A stretch of 44,988 bases of DNA, taken from contig JBBQUR010000028.1 of the NCBI GenBank assembly GCA_038212275.1, positions 1 to 44,988 of the forward strand, in the 5' to 3' direction. Positions within the stretch are counted from its first letter, which is position 1. The number at the start of each line of letters is the position of its first letter. The position numbers were made by a program, and so were the translations under genes. The DNA comes from Planctomycetota bacterium (lineage in GTDB: Bacteria > Planctomycetota > B15-G4). Below are positions 18,088 through 26,991 of the stretch, in pieces. The notes under the pieces are model-generated. The model saw only the letters and a program-made list of their open reading frames with translations, did no database searches and had not been told where the DNA came from.

Positions 18088-19863
18088 ATGCTCCGTTCGA
18101 CGACCTGCCTGCTCGCTCTCGTCTCCGCGACGCTGTGGCTGCTCGCTCGCCCGCTCGTGGCCCAGGTGCTCACCGTTCCGTCGGGCACCGAACCGACGCT
18201 CGACGGCACCATGGGGCAGGAGGAGTGGCGCGATGCGGTGGTGCTCGGCACGTCGGGCGAGGCGACCTGTCTCGCCATGCGCGTGGGCGACACGCTGTTC
18301 GTCGGCCTGCGAGGCGCGGGCTCGGGCATCACGACGCTCGGGCTGCTGCCTGACGGCGAGACGCGTCTGCGTGTCCTGCACGCCTCGGGTTCGCTCGGCA
18401 CCGCCGAGTACGAGCGGGACGGGCAGGGCTGGAAGCGGACTCGCGCCTTCGCCTGGGGCGCGAAGTCGGCGCCCGGTTCGCCGGAGGGAGACGCCGCGCG
18501 CGCGGCCTTCCGCAAACAGGAAGGCTGGCTCGGCACGCTCGCTTCGATGGGGAAGGGCGACTCGGAGATGGCGATCGACCTGAGGGCCGCCGGCTGGATC
18601 GGTGCCACGGCCAGTCCTCACCTGCGCTGCGCGATCGCACACCTCGGTGGCGCCACGGTCCGCCTGCCCGCCGGCTCGAACGACGAGCTGTTCGGGGTCT
18701 CGCTGCAGATGGGAACGGCGCCCGACACTCTCGGCGCGCAGCCGGAGCACTGGCTCGAACTGTCATGGGCCGACGCACCCGACGCACCCGACGCACCCGA
18801 CGCGCCCGACGCGCCCGAGGCGCCCGAGGCGCCCGACGCGCCCGAGGCGCCGCTGCTGGAGGGCTTTCACTCCGTCTCGGCCGGCACGACCTGGGTCTAC
18901 GCTCCGCAACGCGAGGAGGCGCAGGCGCTGATCGCGGATGTCCAGGCGGCCGCGCGCGACTTCGAACGCTGCTTCGGCCGCGCGCCCGAGCCTGGCGCCG
19001 TCGTCGCGATGCCGGGTTCATCCCTGCCGCCGGACTGCGACGCGACGCTGCGCGCCGCGGGAGCCCGCTGGGTCCTTCCCTGGATTTCGGTGAGCAGTCC
19101 GCCCGGAAAGGACGAGGCCCTCGCCACGCAGATCGAGAGTCAGCTCCGCCAGCAACTCGGGCCGCTGGGCCTCAGCGACGCACAGATCGCCACGCAGGTC
19201 GACGCGGTGCTCGCGCAACTGTCGGGCACGCCCGCAGGCGGACTCGGTCTGCTGCGGCACGAGTTGGGGCACGTGTGGTTCATCAGCACATTCTGGGGGC
19301 CGGACGCGGCGCGCTCGCCCGTCGCAGGCGAGCGGCACTACGCCGGACCCGCGGCGGACTGGCTGGACGAGACCGCCGCGATCCTGCTGGAGTCCGAGGC
19401 GGCGACGGAGAGCCGGCGCTCCGCCTTCGCCGCATGGCGCGCAGCCAACCCGGGCAGGATGCGGCCACTCGATGAACTCTTCACCATGGTCCATCCCGCC
19501 GAGTCGGGCGTGCCGGGGTCACCACCGGTGGACGCCGCGGCGAGCGGTTCGGTGGCCGTCCGGATCCAGGTGGCTCCGGCAGCCGGGACGGGCGACGGAG
19601 GCGTCGAAGACGGCGACTGCCCGTTCTACGAACAATGCCGCAGCCTCGCCGACTTCCTTCGGGAGCGGGCAGGCGAGCGCGTCTTCCTTTCTCTCGCGAC
19701 CGGCGCGGCGCGAGGAGTGGACATGCAGCACTGGCTTGCCGTCGACGGCGCGGAGCTCGGCCTGTCCGCCAGCACACTGGAGCTGCAGCAAGCCTGGCTG
19801 GCCTGGCTCGACGAATCGTCGGAGCCTGCCGCGGCGCGTGCTCCCGCTGCGCGCGGGCGCTGA
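18088..19863 (+). CDS. Secreted two-domain protein: CBM9-like N-terminus, (D/E)AP linker, gluzincin (peptidase MA-like) domain
   Basis: Signal peptide; PTLDG..EEW.DA; LRHELGHVWF HExxH motif with downstream PAADWLDE. Confidence 0.7.
   Translation: MLRSTTCLLALVSATLWLLARPLVAQVLTVPSGTEPTLDGTMGQEEWRDAVVLGTSGEATCLAMRVGDTLFVGLRGAGSGITTLGLLPDGETRLRVLHASGSLGTAEYERDGQGWKRTRAFAWGAKSAPGSPEGDAARAAFRKQEGWLGTLASMGKGDSEMAIDLRAAGWIGATASPHLRCAIAHLGGATVRLPAGSNDELFGVSLQMGTAPDTLGAQPEHWLELSWADAPDAPDAPDAPDAPEAPEAPDAPEAPLLEGFHSVSAGTTWVYAPQREEAQALIADVQAAARDFERCFGRAPEPGAVVAMPGSSLPPDCDATLRAAGARWVLPWISVSSPPGKDEALATQIESQLRQQLGPLGLSDAQIATQVDAVLAQLSGTPAGGLGLLRHELGHVWFISTFWGPDAARSPVAGERHYAGPAADWLDETAAILLESEAATESRRSAFAAWRAANPGRMRPLDELFTMVHPAESGVPGSPPVDAAASGSVAVRIQVAPAAGTGDGGVEDGDCPFYEQCRSLADFLRERAGERVFLSLATGAARGVDMQHWLAVDGAELGLSASTLELQQAWLAWLDESSEPAAARAPAARGR
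18772..18852 (+). repeat. In-frame 9-bp tandem repeat x9 encoding (D/E)AP
   Basis: gacgcaccc/gacgcgccc/gaggcgccc units. Confidence 0.95.
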
Positions 19864-19988
19864 GCCCGGCATGCGCGCTCGCGACCGCCGTGATGGTTCA
19901 AAAATCGAGCGAGGTGGAAACGGGCTCGATCGAGGGTCGGCGGAACCTACGTGAAGCAACTCGACTCGCGTGCCGGATTCATGATTGA

Positions 19989-20189
19989 GGCTGGCGAGCG
20001 TGAGACCTGTGCGAGTCGACGGACCATGGGCGTGGCCTCCAGGTCGGTCGCCGGCTCCGTTGCCGGAGCGCGCGGGATCGGCGCATTGCACTCCAGCGAG
20101 ATGTGCGGGTGCTCGGCGTTGTCATGGGCCTGGTACTCACGGAGCTGGGCCAGCAGTGCCGCCTCGCGCTTCGCGATCATGTGGTCGCG
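19989..20189 (-). mobile_element. Degenerate C-terminal fragment of an integrase-core (rve) IS transposase
   Basis: RDHMIAKREAALLAQLREYQAHDNAEHPHISLECNAPIPR resembles the family pattern LDHVIxxxExHLxxxLxEYxxYYNxxRPHxSLxxxAPxPR. Confidence 0.65.
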
Positions 20190-20216
20190 GCCTTGCGGTG
20201 GGCCGCGCAGCGCCGC

Positions 20217-20543
20217 ACGCCTCAGCTCACCGGCACCGGCACGATGGTCGGCGGCCAGTCCGGGTCCATCGACCAGACCAATGCCAAGCCATCGTCTCCG
20301 GCGGTGCTCTTCGTGGCAGTGTCGAGCGTGCCCCTTCCGTTCAAGGGTGGCACGCTGGTGGCCGTGCCGGCGCTGCTGACATCGGTGCTCTCGACGAGTC
20401 CTGCAGGATCGATTCCGCTGCCGTTCACAATGCCGAACGGCTTGCCCTCGGGCCTCGATATTTACTACCAATGCGGCATCCAGGACTCAGCGGCCGTGAA
20501 GGGTGTGGCACTGAGCAACGCCTTGAAGTCGACGACTCCGTAG
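20217..20543 (+). pseudogene. Orphan PFKGG C-terminal module, N-terminal passenger lost
   Basis: TPQLTGTGT...PFKGGTLVAVP...IQDSAAVKGVALSNALKSTTP*, directly after the IS remnant. Confidence 0.8.
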
Positions 20544-20585
20544 CGAGCACTGGCGCCGGCTTCATCGAGGCAACCGCAGGCGCTT

Positions 20586-20711
20586 CCCAGGCCATCGATC
20601 GGTCTGCGGTGACTCGGACTGCGAGTGCGTGACAGTGATCGGAGCGGGCGCATCGCTTGCCTGGTCGATCAAGACGCCATCGTGATCGAGGATGTCGTCC
20701 CGAAACAGAAG
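20586..20711 (+). pseudogene. Second RelE/ParE (HigB-like) toxin fragment with an internal stop
   Basis: PRPSIGLR*LGLRVRDSDRSGRIACLVDQDAIVIEDVVPKQK aligns with PSIGPRCLELRIQD of the first fragment and with the family tail (WRIIYRIDxDAIVILEVFxKK). Confidence 0.65.
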
Positions 20712-20804
20712 GCGCTGGCATCAGCGGGTGGCGCATGCACTCGGCCGAGTGAGTCCTGCCTGGCTCGACCTGCGACCTGCACTCGACCTGCAACCGCAGC
20801 GGCC

Positions 20805-23318
20805 TCAGTCGCCTGCGCGGATCGTCGCCAGCATCTGCCGGGCAGTGCGCGTCCGCACGTGGTCCGGGCCGAAGAGCGCCGACAGCCGCAGCGCCGCGCG
20901 CTCGGCATGCGGCAGTGCCTCCTGCGGCCGGCCTGCGTCGAGCAGCGCGCGGGCCAGCGCAGACTCCGTCTGTGCGGCCAGCGGATGGTCGGGGCCCAGC
21001 GCGGACGTGATGTCATCGAGCAGGGTGGTGAAACCGGCGGCGGCTTCGTCGGAGCGGCCTGACTTCCACATCGCGTTCCAGTAGCCGTAGCGCGTCGTCA
21101 GCGTGTCGAGCGCCAGCGCCCCGACCTGTTGCGTGCGCTGCGCAACGAGTTGCGCGAACAGCACCAGGGCACCCTCGACGTCGCCGAGGTCCGCCTGCAG
21201 GCCGGCGAGATTGGCCTGCAGCGTGAGCGTGTCCGGATGATCAGGGCCCAGCAGCTCGGCGGCCACTGCGGCGGCGCGGCGCAGGTGCGGCTCGGCCTCC
21301 GCGTCGAGGTCGAGATCCTGCAGCGTGGCGCCGATGTTGTTCTCCAGGCCGAGCACCAGCATGCGAGGGGCGTCGGGCTCCGTGTCGAGCACGCGCAGCG
21401 TCTCGATGAGCATCTCGAGCGCGCCCTGCGTGTCGCCCTGCGCGTCGAGCAGCTGCGCGACGTTGCTCGTCGTCGCCGCGACGAGCGGATCGTCGCGGCC
21501 GAGCAGGCGGCGGCGGCCGGCGAGGGCCTCCTGCAGCAGCGGCCCGGCATCCGCCGTGCGGCCCAGCGCGAGCAGCGCGAGGCCGAGGTCGTTGAGCGCC
21601 GCATAGAGCGCCGGGTCGTCGGGACCGAGCACGGGCCGTGCTCGCGCGACGAGTGGAACGAGCGCGTCGTGCGCCTCCTGCCAGAGTCCGCGCTTGCCGA
21701 GCAGGCTTCCGGTGGCGATCTCGGAGTGCAGCGTGTCGGGCGCATCCGCTCCCGACGCGCTGCGTCGCATCACGACCGCGCGCTCAAGCTGCTCGCCCGC
21801 GACCTCGTACGCTCCGAGCGCGGCATACGCCTCGCCCAGCGCATGGTGCACGGCCGCCGCGATGATCGGGCGCGTCGGGAAGCGGCTGTCCACCAGCCCG
21901 GCCGCGCGGTCGAGCAGCGACATCACGGTGGCGTCGCGTCCGTCGCGTTCCGGCGAGGCGGCGGCGAGCAGATCGTCGGTGAGGAAGCGGTTCAGCTCGA
22001 TCTGCGCGTCGGTCTGGTCCTGCGCGGCGGCCTGCTGGCGTCGCGCCTCGAGCAGGCCCGCGGCGAGCCCCGCGACGCCCAGGCCCAGCGCGAGCGCCAC
22101 CAGCGCACCGGCCGCGACGAGCACGCGGTTGCGCCGCGCGAAACGCCGCGCACGATAGCTCCACGACGGCGCGCGCGCGGCGATCGGCTCGCAGGCCAGC
22201 AGCCGGCGCAGGTCGTCGCCCAGCGCGCCGACCGACGCGTAACGGCGCTCGGGCCGCTTCTCCAGCGCCTTGCCGATGATCACGTCCAGGTCCGCGAGCA
22301 CCGCTCGTGAGCCGGCCGGCGGCGTGCGCACGCGGCTCGCCGGCGGCGGCACGCTCTCGCGGATCGCTCTCAGTGCGGCGAGCGGATCGCCGCCGACATC
22401 CACCGGCGGTGAACCCGCGACGAGTTCGTGCAGCAGCGCGCCCAATGCGTAGACGTCGGCGCGCGTGTCGACTTCGCCAAGGCCGGTCTGCTCCGGCGCC
22501 ATGTATGCCGGCGTGCCGAGCGGCAAGCCGATCGTGGGCGGCGAGTCGGCCAGTGCCATGCCAGCCACCGGTTTCGCGATGCCGAAGTCCAGCACCTGCG
22601 GCACGGGACGCCCGTCGCTCTGCGTGACCAGGATGTTGCCCGGCTTGAGATCGCGGTGAATGACGCCGCGCTGGTGCGCGTGCTGGACCGCATCGGCGAC
22701 GTCGAGCATGAGGCGCACGCGCTCCGCGATGCTCAGCGCGTGTCGCTCGCAGTAGCGCGTGAGCGGCTCGCCCTCGACGAGGTTCATCACGAGGTAGGGC
22801 AGGCCGTCGGGCGTGCGGCCTGCGTCGAGCACTCGCGTGATGTTCGGGTGGTCGGTGGCCTCCAGTGCGCGGCGCTCCACCTCGAAGCGCGCGGCCAGCT
22901 CGGGATTCACCGCGGCCTGCGGCACGACCTTGATCGCGACGCGCCGGCGCACCGGCTCGTCCTGCTCCGCGAGGAAGACCTGACCCGAGCCGCCCTGACC
23001 CAGCCGCCCGAGCACGCGGTAGGGCCCGAATCGCGCGGGGATCTCCGCGGCGGGCGGCAGGTCCTCCGCGTCGAAGGCGAGCAGCGATTGCACCTCGCCG
23101 GCAAGCGGCGCGTCGTCGGTCGCCGTGGCGGCGAGCGCCGCGTCCCGTTCCACCGCAGGCAGCGCGCGCAGGGCGAGGAACAGCGTCGAAGCGCGCGCAT
23201 GCAGCGTGGCATCCACCTTCGCTGGCGGGGTGAGCGCCGACCTCGCGCCCGTCGCGTGAGTCCCCGGCTGCGTGTCATGCGCCGGAGCGATGGCGTCGCC
23301 TTCGCGCGGCGGGCTCAT
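20805..23318 (-). CDS. Ser/Thr protein kinase with TM segment and TPR repeats (second copy)
   Basis: LGQGGSGQVF, VAIK, HRDLKPGN, DFG, GTPAYMAPEQ; TM; TPRs. ATG 23318 overlaps the sigma stop (ATGA). Confidence 0.93.
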   Translation of the reverse strand: MSPPREGDAIAPAHDTQPGTHATGARSALTPPAKVDATLHARASTLFLALRALPAVERDAALAATATDDAPLAGEVQSLLAFDAEDLPPAAEIPARFGPYRVLGRLGQGGSGQVFLAEQDEPVRRRVAIKVVPQAAVNPELAARFEVERRALEATDHPNITRVLDAGRTPDGLPYLVMNLVEGEPLTRYCERHALSIAERVRLMLDVADAVQHAHQRGVIHRDLKPGNILVTQSDGRPVPQVLDFGIAKPVAGMALADSPPTIGLPLGTPAYMAPEQTGLGEVDTRADVYALGALLHELVAGSPPVDVGGDPLAALRAIRESVPPPASRVRTPPAGSRAVLADLDVIIGKALEKRPERRYASVGALGDDLRRLLACEPIAARAPSWSYRARRFARRNRVLVAAGALVALALGLGVAGLAAGLLEARRQQAAAQDQTDAQIELNRFLTDDLLAAASPERDGRDATVMSLLDRAAGLVDSRFPTRPIIAAAVHHALGEAYAALGAYEVAGEQLERAVVMRRSASGADAPDTLHSEIATGSLLGKRGLWQEAHDALVPLVARARPVLGPDDPALYAALNDLGLALLALGRTADAGPLLQEALAGRRRLLGRDDPLVAATTSNVAQLLDAQGDTQGALEMLIETLRVLDTEPDAPRMLVLGLENNIGATLQDLDLDAEAEPHLRRAAAVAAELLGPDHPDTLTLQANLAGLQADLGDVEGALVLFAQLVAQRTQQVGALALDTLTTRYGYWNAMWKSGRSDEAAAGFTTLLDDITSALGPDHPLAAQTESALARALLDAGRPQEALPHAERAALRLSALFGPDHVRTRTARQMLATIRAGD

Positions 23319-23860
23319 CGCGCGCCGGCGGGCGGCTCGCGCGAGAGTTCGCGGCGCAGCCATGCGCGCGCCACCGTCCAGTCGCCCTCCACGCTGCGGC
23401 GCGACACGCCGATGGCTGCGGCGATCTCGTCCATGCCCAGCCCGCCGAAGATGCGCAACGAGACGACCTCGGACTGCCGCGCGTGCAGTGCCGCGAGCTT
23501 CTCCAGCGCAGCGTGCACGGCCTCGACGTCCACGAACGTGGGCTGCATCGCGACGAGACCTGGATCGAGCTCGACGCGCACGCGGCCGGCGCCGCGCTTG
23601 TCGGCGTCGCGCCCGCGCGAGTGATCGATGAGTACCTGCCGCAGCACGCGCGAGGCGAGGGCGAGCTGTTGCTCGCGCGGCACGTCCGGCAGCGGCGAGG
23701 TCGTCATCAGCCGCAGGCACGCTTCGTTGACGACGGCCGTCGGCTGCAGCGTGTGGTCGGAGCGCTCGCCCGCGAACAGCCGCCGCGCGATGCCCTGCAG
23801 CTCCGAGTAGAAGCGCTGGGTCACGGCCGGATCGAAGCGGTCGGCGGGCGGGTTCGGCAT
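23315..23860 (-). CDS. ECF-type sigma factor, TIGR02999/ECF43-like (second copy)
   Basis: HTLQPTAVVNEACLRL, KRG, VSLRIFGGL, RSVEGDWTVARAWL. Confidence 0.9.
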   Translation of the reverse strand: MPNPPADRFDPAVTQRFYSELQGIARRLFAGERSDHTLQPTAVVNEACLRLMTTSPLPDVPREQQLALASRVLRQVLIDHSRGRDADKRGAGRVRVELDPGLVAMQPTFVDVEAVHAALEKLAALHARQSEVVSLRIFGGLGMDEIAAAIGVSRRSVEGDWTVARAWLRRELSREPPAGAR

Positions 23861-23953
23861 GAGGCCCCGGAGGCAGGCTCCGGGGCGCGGAAGACTCCAG
23901 CGATCCGCGCACGAAGCAAGCCCGGAGCTTATCCCGTCCCGCGCAACCCGGAT

Positions 23954-24043
23954 AGCCGGCGCAACGTGTCGAGCCGGCGCGACGTGGAGAGCCGGCGCGA
24001 CGCGGAGAGCCGGCGCGACGTGGAGAGCCGGCGCAACGTGTCG
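23954..24043 (+). repeat. 18-bp tandem repeat x5 (agccggcgcRacgYgKMg)
   Basis: Variant order A-B-C-B-A, in the intergenic region upstream of the ECF gene. Confidence 0.95.
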
Positions 24044-24152
24044 GGCGTTGCCCGGCCTGCGCAGGCGCACGGAATGTCGCGCGGTGCGCCGCCCGAGTCG
24101 CGCCCGACGCAGGCCGGCTGCGTCGCGACGCGGGCGCGGCGGCGCGGTGGCT

Positions 24153-24590
24153 TCAGGTGGCAACGAAGATCTCGCCGCAGCGACTGCACATCCACGAATG
24201 ACTCCAGCGCTCGTGCAGCTCCGGCTGCACATTCCTGTTCCAGGCGCGCCACTTCATGGCCGTGAAACCTGCCCAGGCAGTGAGCGCCAGCATGATCAGC
24301 GTGCCGACGCCGGGGCTCGAGAGGCCGCCCAGCGTGAACATGCCGCAGATCGCGGCCAGGCCGGCGAGCAGCAACCAAGGTCGTTTCGCGGGCGGCGAGG
24401 CCTGCTTCGAGAGCGCCGTCTGCTGGTGGCCCACCGATGAGGTGGTCGCGGTCCCGAAGCCGACGCCACCTCCGCCGAAGCCCGCGCCGCTCGTGGTGCC
24501 CTGCGTGCGGATCGTCGAGCGACCCTCGTCGTAGATCAGCGAGAGCTTGCGGGCCTCGCTCCCGGTGCACTTGGGACACGCCAGGTTCAT
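24153..24590 (-). CDS. Small membrane protein with split zinc ribbon (CPKC...CSRC), Gly-rich loop and two TM helices
   Basis: MNLACPKC start with ATGA overlap to the upstream gene; ends WMCSRCGEIF. Confidence 0.8.
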   Translation of the reverse strand: MNLACPKCTGSEARKLSLIYDEGRSTIRTQGTTSGAGFGGGGVGFGTATTSSVGHQQTALSKQASPPAKRPWLLLAGLAAICGMFTLGGLSSPGVGTLIMLALTAWAGFTAMKWRAWNRNVQPELHERWSHSWMCSRCGEIFVAT

Positions 24591-26746
24591 GGCGCCTCCG
24601 ACTGCACCGCGTTGCTCAGTGAGACTCCGTGCACCGCGCCGGCGTCCTGCACGGCATCCTGGAAGTAGATGCTGAATCCTGACGGCAGGCCCGTCGGCCA
24701 CGTGAAGGGCAGCGTGAGTGCGCCGTTCGCGTCGCTGGTCAGCACGAGGGACAGCAGCGGCGGCACAGGCACGAGCGTGCCGCCCTTGAAGGCCGTCGTC
24801 GTCTTTGCGGTCCCGACGAAGAACAGCAGCGTCGACGAGGCGCGTGCGTGGCTCAGCGTGAGCAGGCCGGCCTGTCCGCCGGCGAGCGAGCCGCTGCCGA
24901 CGAGCAGCGGCGCGCCCGAGCTGCCGTCCAGCGCGTAGCCGAGATCGGTCCAGCCGGTGCACGTGGCGGTCGTGGTGTTGCCGCCGTTGTCCGTGAAGGC
25001 GCCGCTCGTGTTGCCGCCGGAGTTGGAGCAGAAGGACGTGCTGCCGATGGACAGTGCCGTGCCGCCGCCCGCGAACACGCCGCCACCGATGAGTCCCTCA
25101 TTGTCGGAAAAGCTGCAGCCGGCGAGCGTGCCTGCCGAGCCGTTGGTCACTGCGAGGCCGCCACCGAACACGTTCGCGACGTTCTGGTGGAAGCTGCAGC
25201 CGCTGAAGCTGGCGCTGCCGCCGTACACGATGAGCAGCGCGCCCGCGCCGTTCTCCGCGCGGTTGCCCGTGAAATGGCAATCCGTCACGAGCAGCGTGCC
25301 GCCGCCCTGCGCCTGCAGCCCGCCGCCCGAGACCGAGCTTGCCAGCGTCGCGAGGTTGTTGAGCACATGGCAGCCGGAGAGCGTGGCGTGCGCGCCGTTC
25401 ACGCCGATGCCGCCCGCGGCTGCCGCCGTGTTCTCCTCGATGCGGCAGTCGGTCAGTGTCGCGTTCGCCGTGCTGCCGAGGACCGACACGCCGCCCGCGC
25501 TGCTGGCCGACGTGTTGTGGTGGATGCGGCAGTCGCTGAGCGTGACGGTGGACTGCGCGTTGGCCTCGAGGCCTCCGCCGGTGAGGCCCGCGTCATTGGC
25601 GGTGAAGCTGCAGCCCTGAAAGTCCGCGCTGGCGTCGTTGACCCACGCGCCGCCGCCCGCGGTGGCCGCGTGATTTTCGAGGAAGCTGCAGTTCTCGAAG
25701 CTGACCTGCGCCGAGAACACCGCGGCGGCTCCGCCGCCGCTCATCGCCGTGTTGTCGGTGAACGTGCAGTCCTGCACGGCGAGCGTCGCGCCTTCCGCGA
25801 ACAGTCCGCCACCTTCGCCCAGTCCGGTGAGCGCCGAGCCGCCGCGGACCGTGAAGCCCTTCAGCGTCGTGCCGTCGGCCGAGCCGACGCCCACGTGCAC
25901 GGCCGGCAGGTTTTTTCCGGTGGCATCGATGGTCGTGACCGCCGCACCGGACGCGCTGCGCAGCGTGATCGTCTTGCCCGAAAACTCCAGCGCTTCCGCA
26001 TAGGTGCCGGGCGAGACCTCGATGACCTGGCCCGTGAGCGCGGCGTCGATCGCGGCCTGGATCGTCGGCTGGTCGGCGGGCACGAGGATCGGCGTCGCCG
26101 ACGGCGGGCCGAACAGGCGCATGCCGAGCGCCGTGCTGCCTCCCAGCCCGAACCACGCCGGGTTGCCATTGCTGAAGAAGGAATAGGCCGCCAGCGGATT
26201 GGCCACGCCCGGCGGCATGGTGCCGATGCCCGTCGTGCCGTTGGCGGGCTCGAAGGTCAGCCAATAGGTCCCTGCAGGGAGATTCCAGCTCAGGCCACCG
26301 AAACTGGTCCAGCCGATCGCGAAGGTGTACGTGACCGGTAGGCTCGCCGAGAAGAGTTCCGAGCCCGGCTGGTTGCTGCCGTTGTTCGTGCGGATCTTGC
26401 ATTGCAACGTGCCGCCGCAGGTGGACATCCAGCCCTCCGCGGTGGCGATGGTCGCCGGCTGCGTGAGCGTGAAGCGCCCGCCGAGAAACTGGAAGCCGCT
26501 GTTGTCGTTGAAGAAGCTCGGTGCGCCGATGGTCGTGTTGCCGCCCGGGCCCGTGTCCAGCAGAGTGGTCTGCGCGACCGCTGCGCGGGACGCCACGAGA
26601 ATGACCAGCAGCGCGCAGGCGAAGGACGCCGCGTGCCGCAGGGTCCGCAGGCCGGGTGCCGCCGAGCCGAGAGCGCTGCGGCGGGCTGGGGCGGCGGAGC
26701 GCGCCGGGACGGCCAGGGAGCGGGAACGATGGGGCAACGCAAGCAT
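24587..26746 (-). CDS. Secreted right-handed beta-helix (FxxN/GGA repeat) protein with N-terminal jelly-roll-like domain and C-terminal PFKGG module (24587-24952)
   Basis: GGAG RBS and long leader ending AVA-Q; PTIQAAIDAA; many FxxNxAxxGGG repeats; AFKGGTLVPVP..FQDAVQD..SNAV. Confidence 0.88.
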   Translation of the reverse strand: MLALPHRSRSLAVPARSAAPARRSALGSAAPGLRTLRHAASFACALLVILVASRAAVAQTTLLDTGPGGNTTIGAPSFFNDNSGFQFLGGRFTLTQPATIATAEGWMSTCGGTLQCKIRTNNGSNQPGSELFSASLPVTYTFAIGWTSFGGLSWNLPAGTYWLTFEPANGTTGIGTMPPGVANPLAAYSFFSNGNPAWFGLGGSTALGMRLFGPPSATPILVPADQPTIQAAIDAALTGQVIEVSPGTYAEALEFSGKTITLRSASGAAVTTIDATGKNLPAVHVGVGSADGTTLKGFTVRGGSALTGLGEGGGLFAEGATLAVQDCTFTDNTAMSGGGAAAVFSAQVSFENCSFLENHAATAGGGAWVNDASADFQGCSFTANDAGLTGGGLEANAQSTVTLSDCRIHHNTSASSAGGVSVLGSTANATLTDCRIEENTAAAAGGIGVNGAHATLSGCHVLNNLATLASSVSGGGLQAQGGGTLLVTDCHFTGNRAENGAGALLIVYGGSASFSGCSFHQNVANVFGGGLAVTNGSAGTLAGCSFSDNEGLIGGGVFAGGGTALSIGSTSFCSNSGGNTSGAFTDNGGNTTTATCTGWTDLGYALDGSSGAPLLVGSGSLAGGQAGLLTLSHARASSTLLFFVGTAKTTTAFKGGTLVPVPPLLSLVLTSDANGALTLPFTWPTGLPSGFSIYFQDAVQDAGAVHGVSLSNAVQSEAP

Positions 26747-26991
26747 GGTGTCTGACTCCGGATCTCGAGGACGCGGCCTGCGCCCGAGCGGCGCGGCACC
26801 CCTCCATGCGAGAACGCCGCCGAAGTCCGCAGGCCTTTTCATCTCCCCTCGAGACTCACCGCGGGTCAGCGAAGGCCGGGATGATTCGACGGTCCCGCCG
26901 TGCGTCAGGCACCCGCGACGCGCACGGGATGGGCGCGCAGGGTGACGCGCGTCGGAGCGGTGGTAGGCTCTGCCGGGTCCGGAGAGATTCC

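Noticed and set aside
23319..23912. N-terminal extension making the kinase 1035 aa
   Set aside because: It overlaps the ECF gene in another frame; ATG 23318 with ATGA coupling is the better start.
23954..24043. CRISPR array
   Set aside because: Contiguous 18-bp units without unique spacers; no cas genes in the window.
24039..24062. Further TGTCGG promoter copies (also 5426)
   Set aside because: Spacing to CG(T/C) is 15 rather than 17, and there is no suitably placed downstream gene.
1..26746. Integron cassette array (suggested by toxin remnants and gene turnover)
   Set aside because: No attC-type RYYYAAC...GTTRRRY sites or integron integrase seen.
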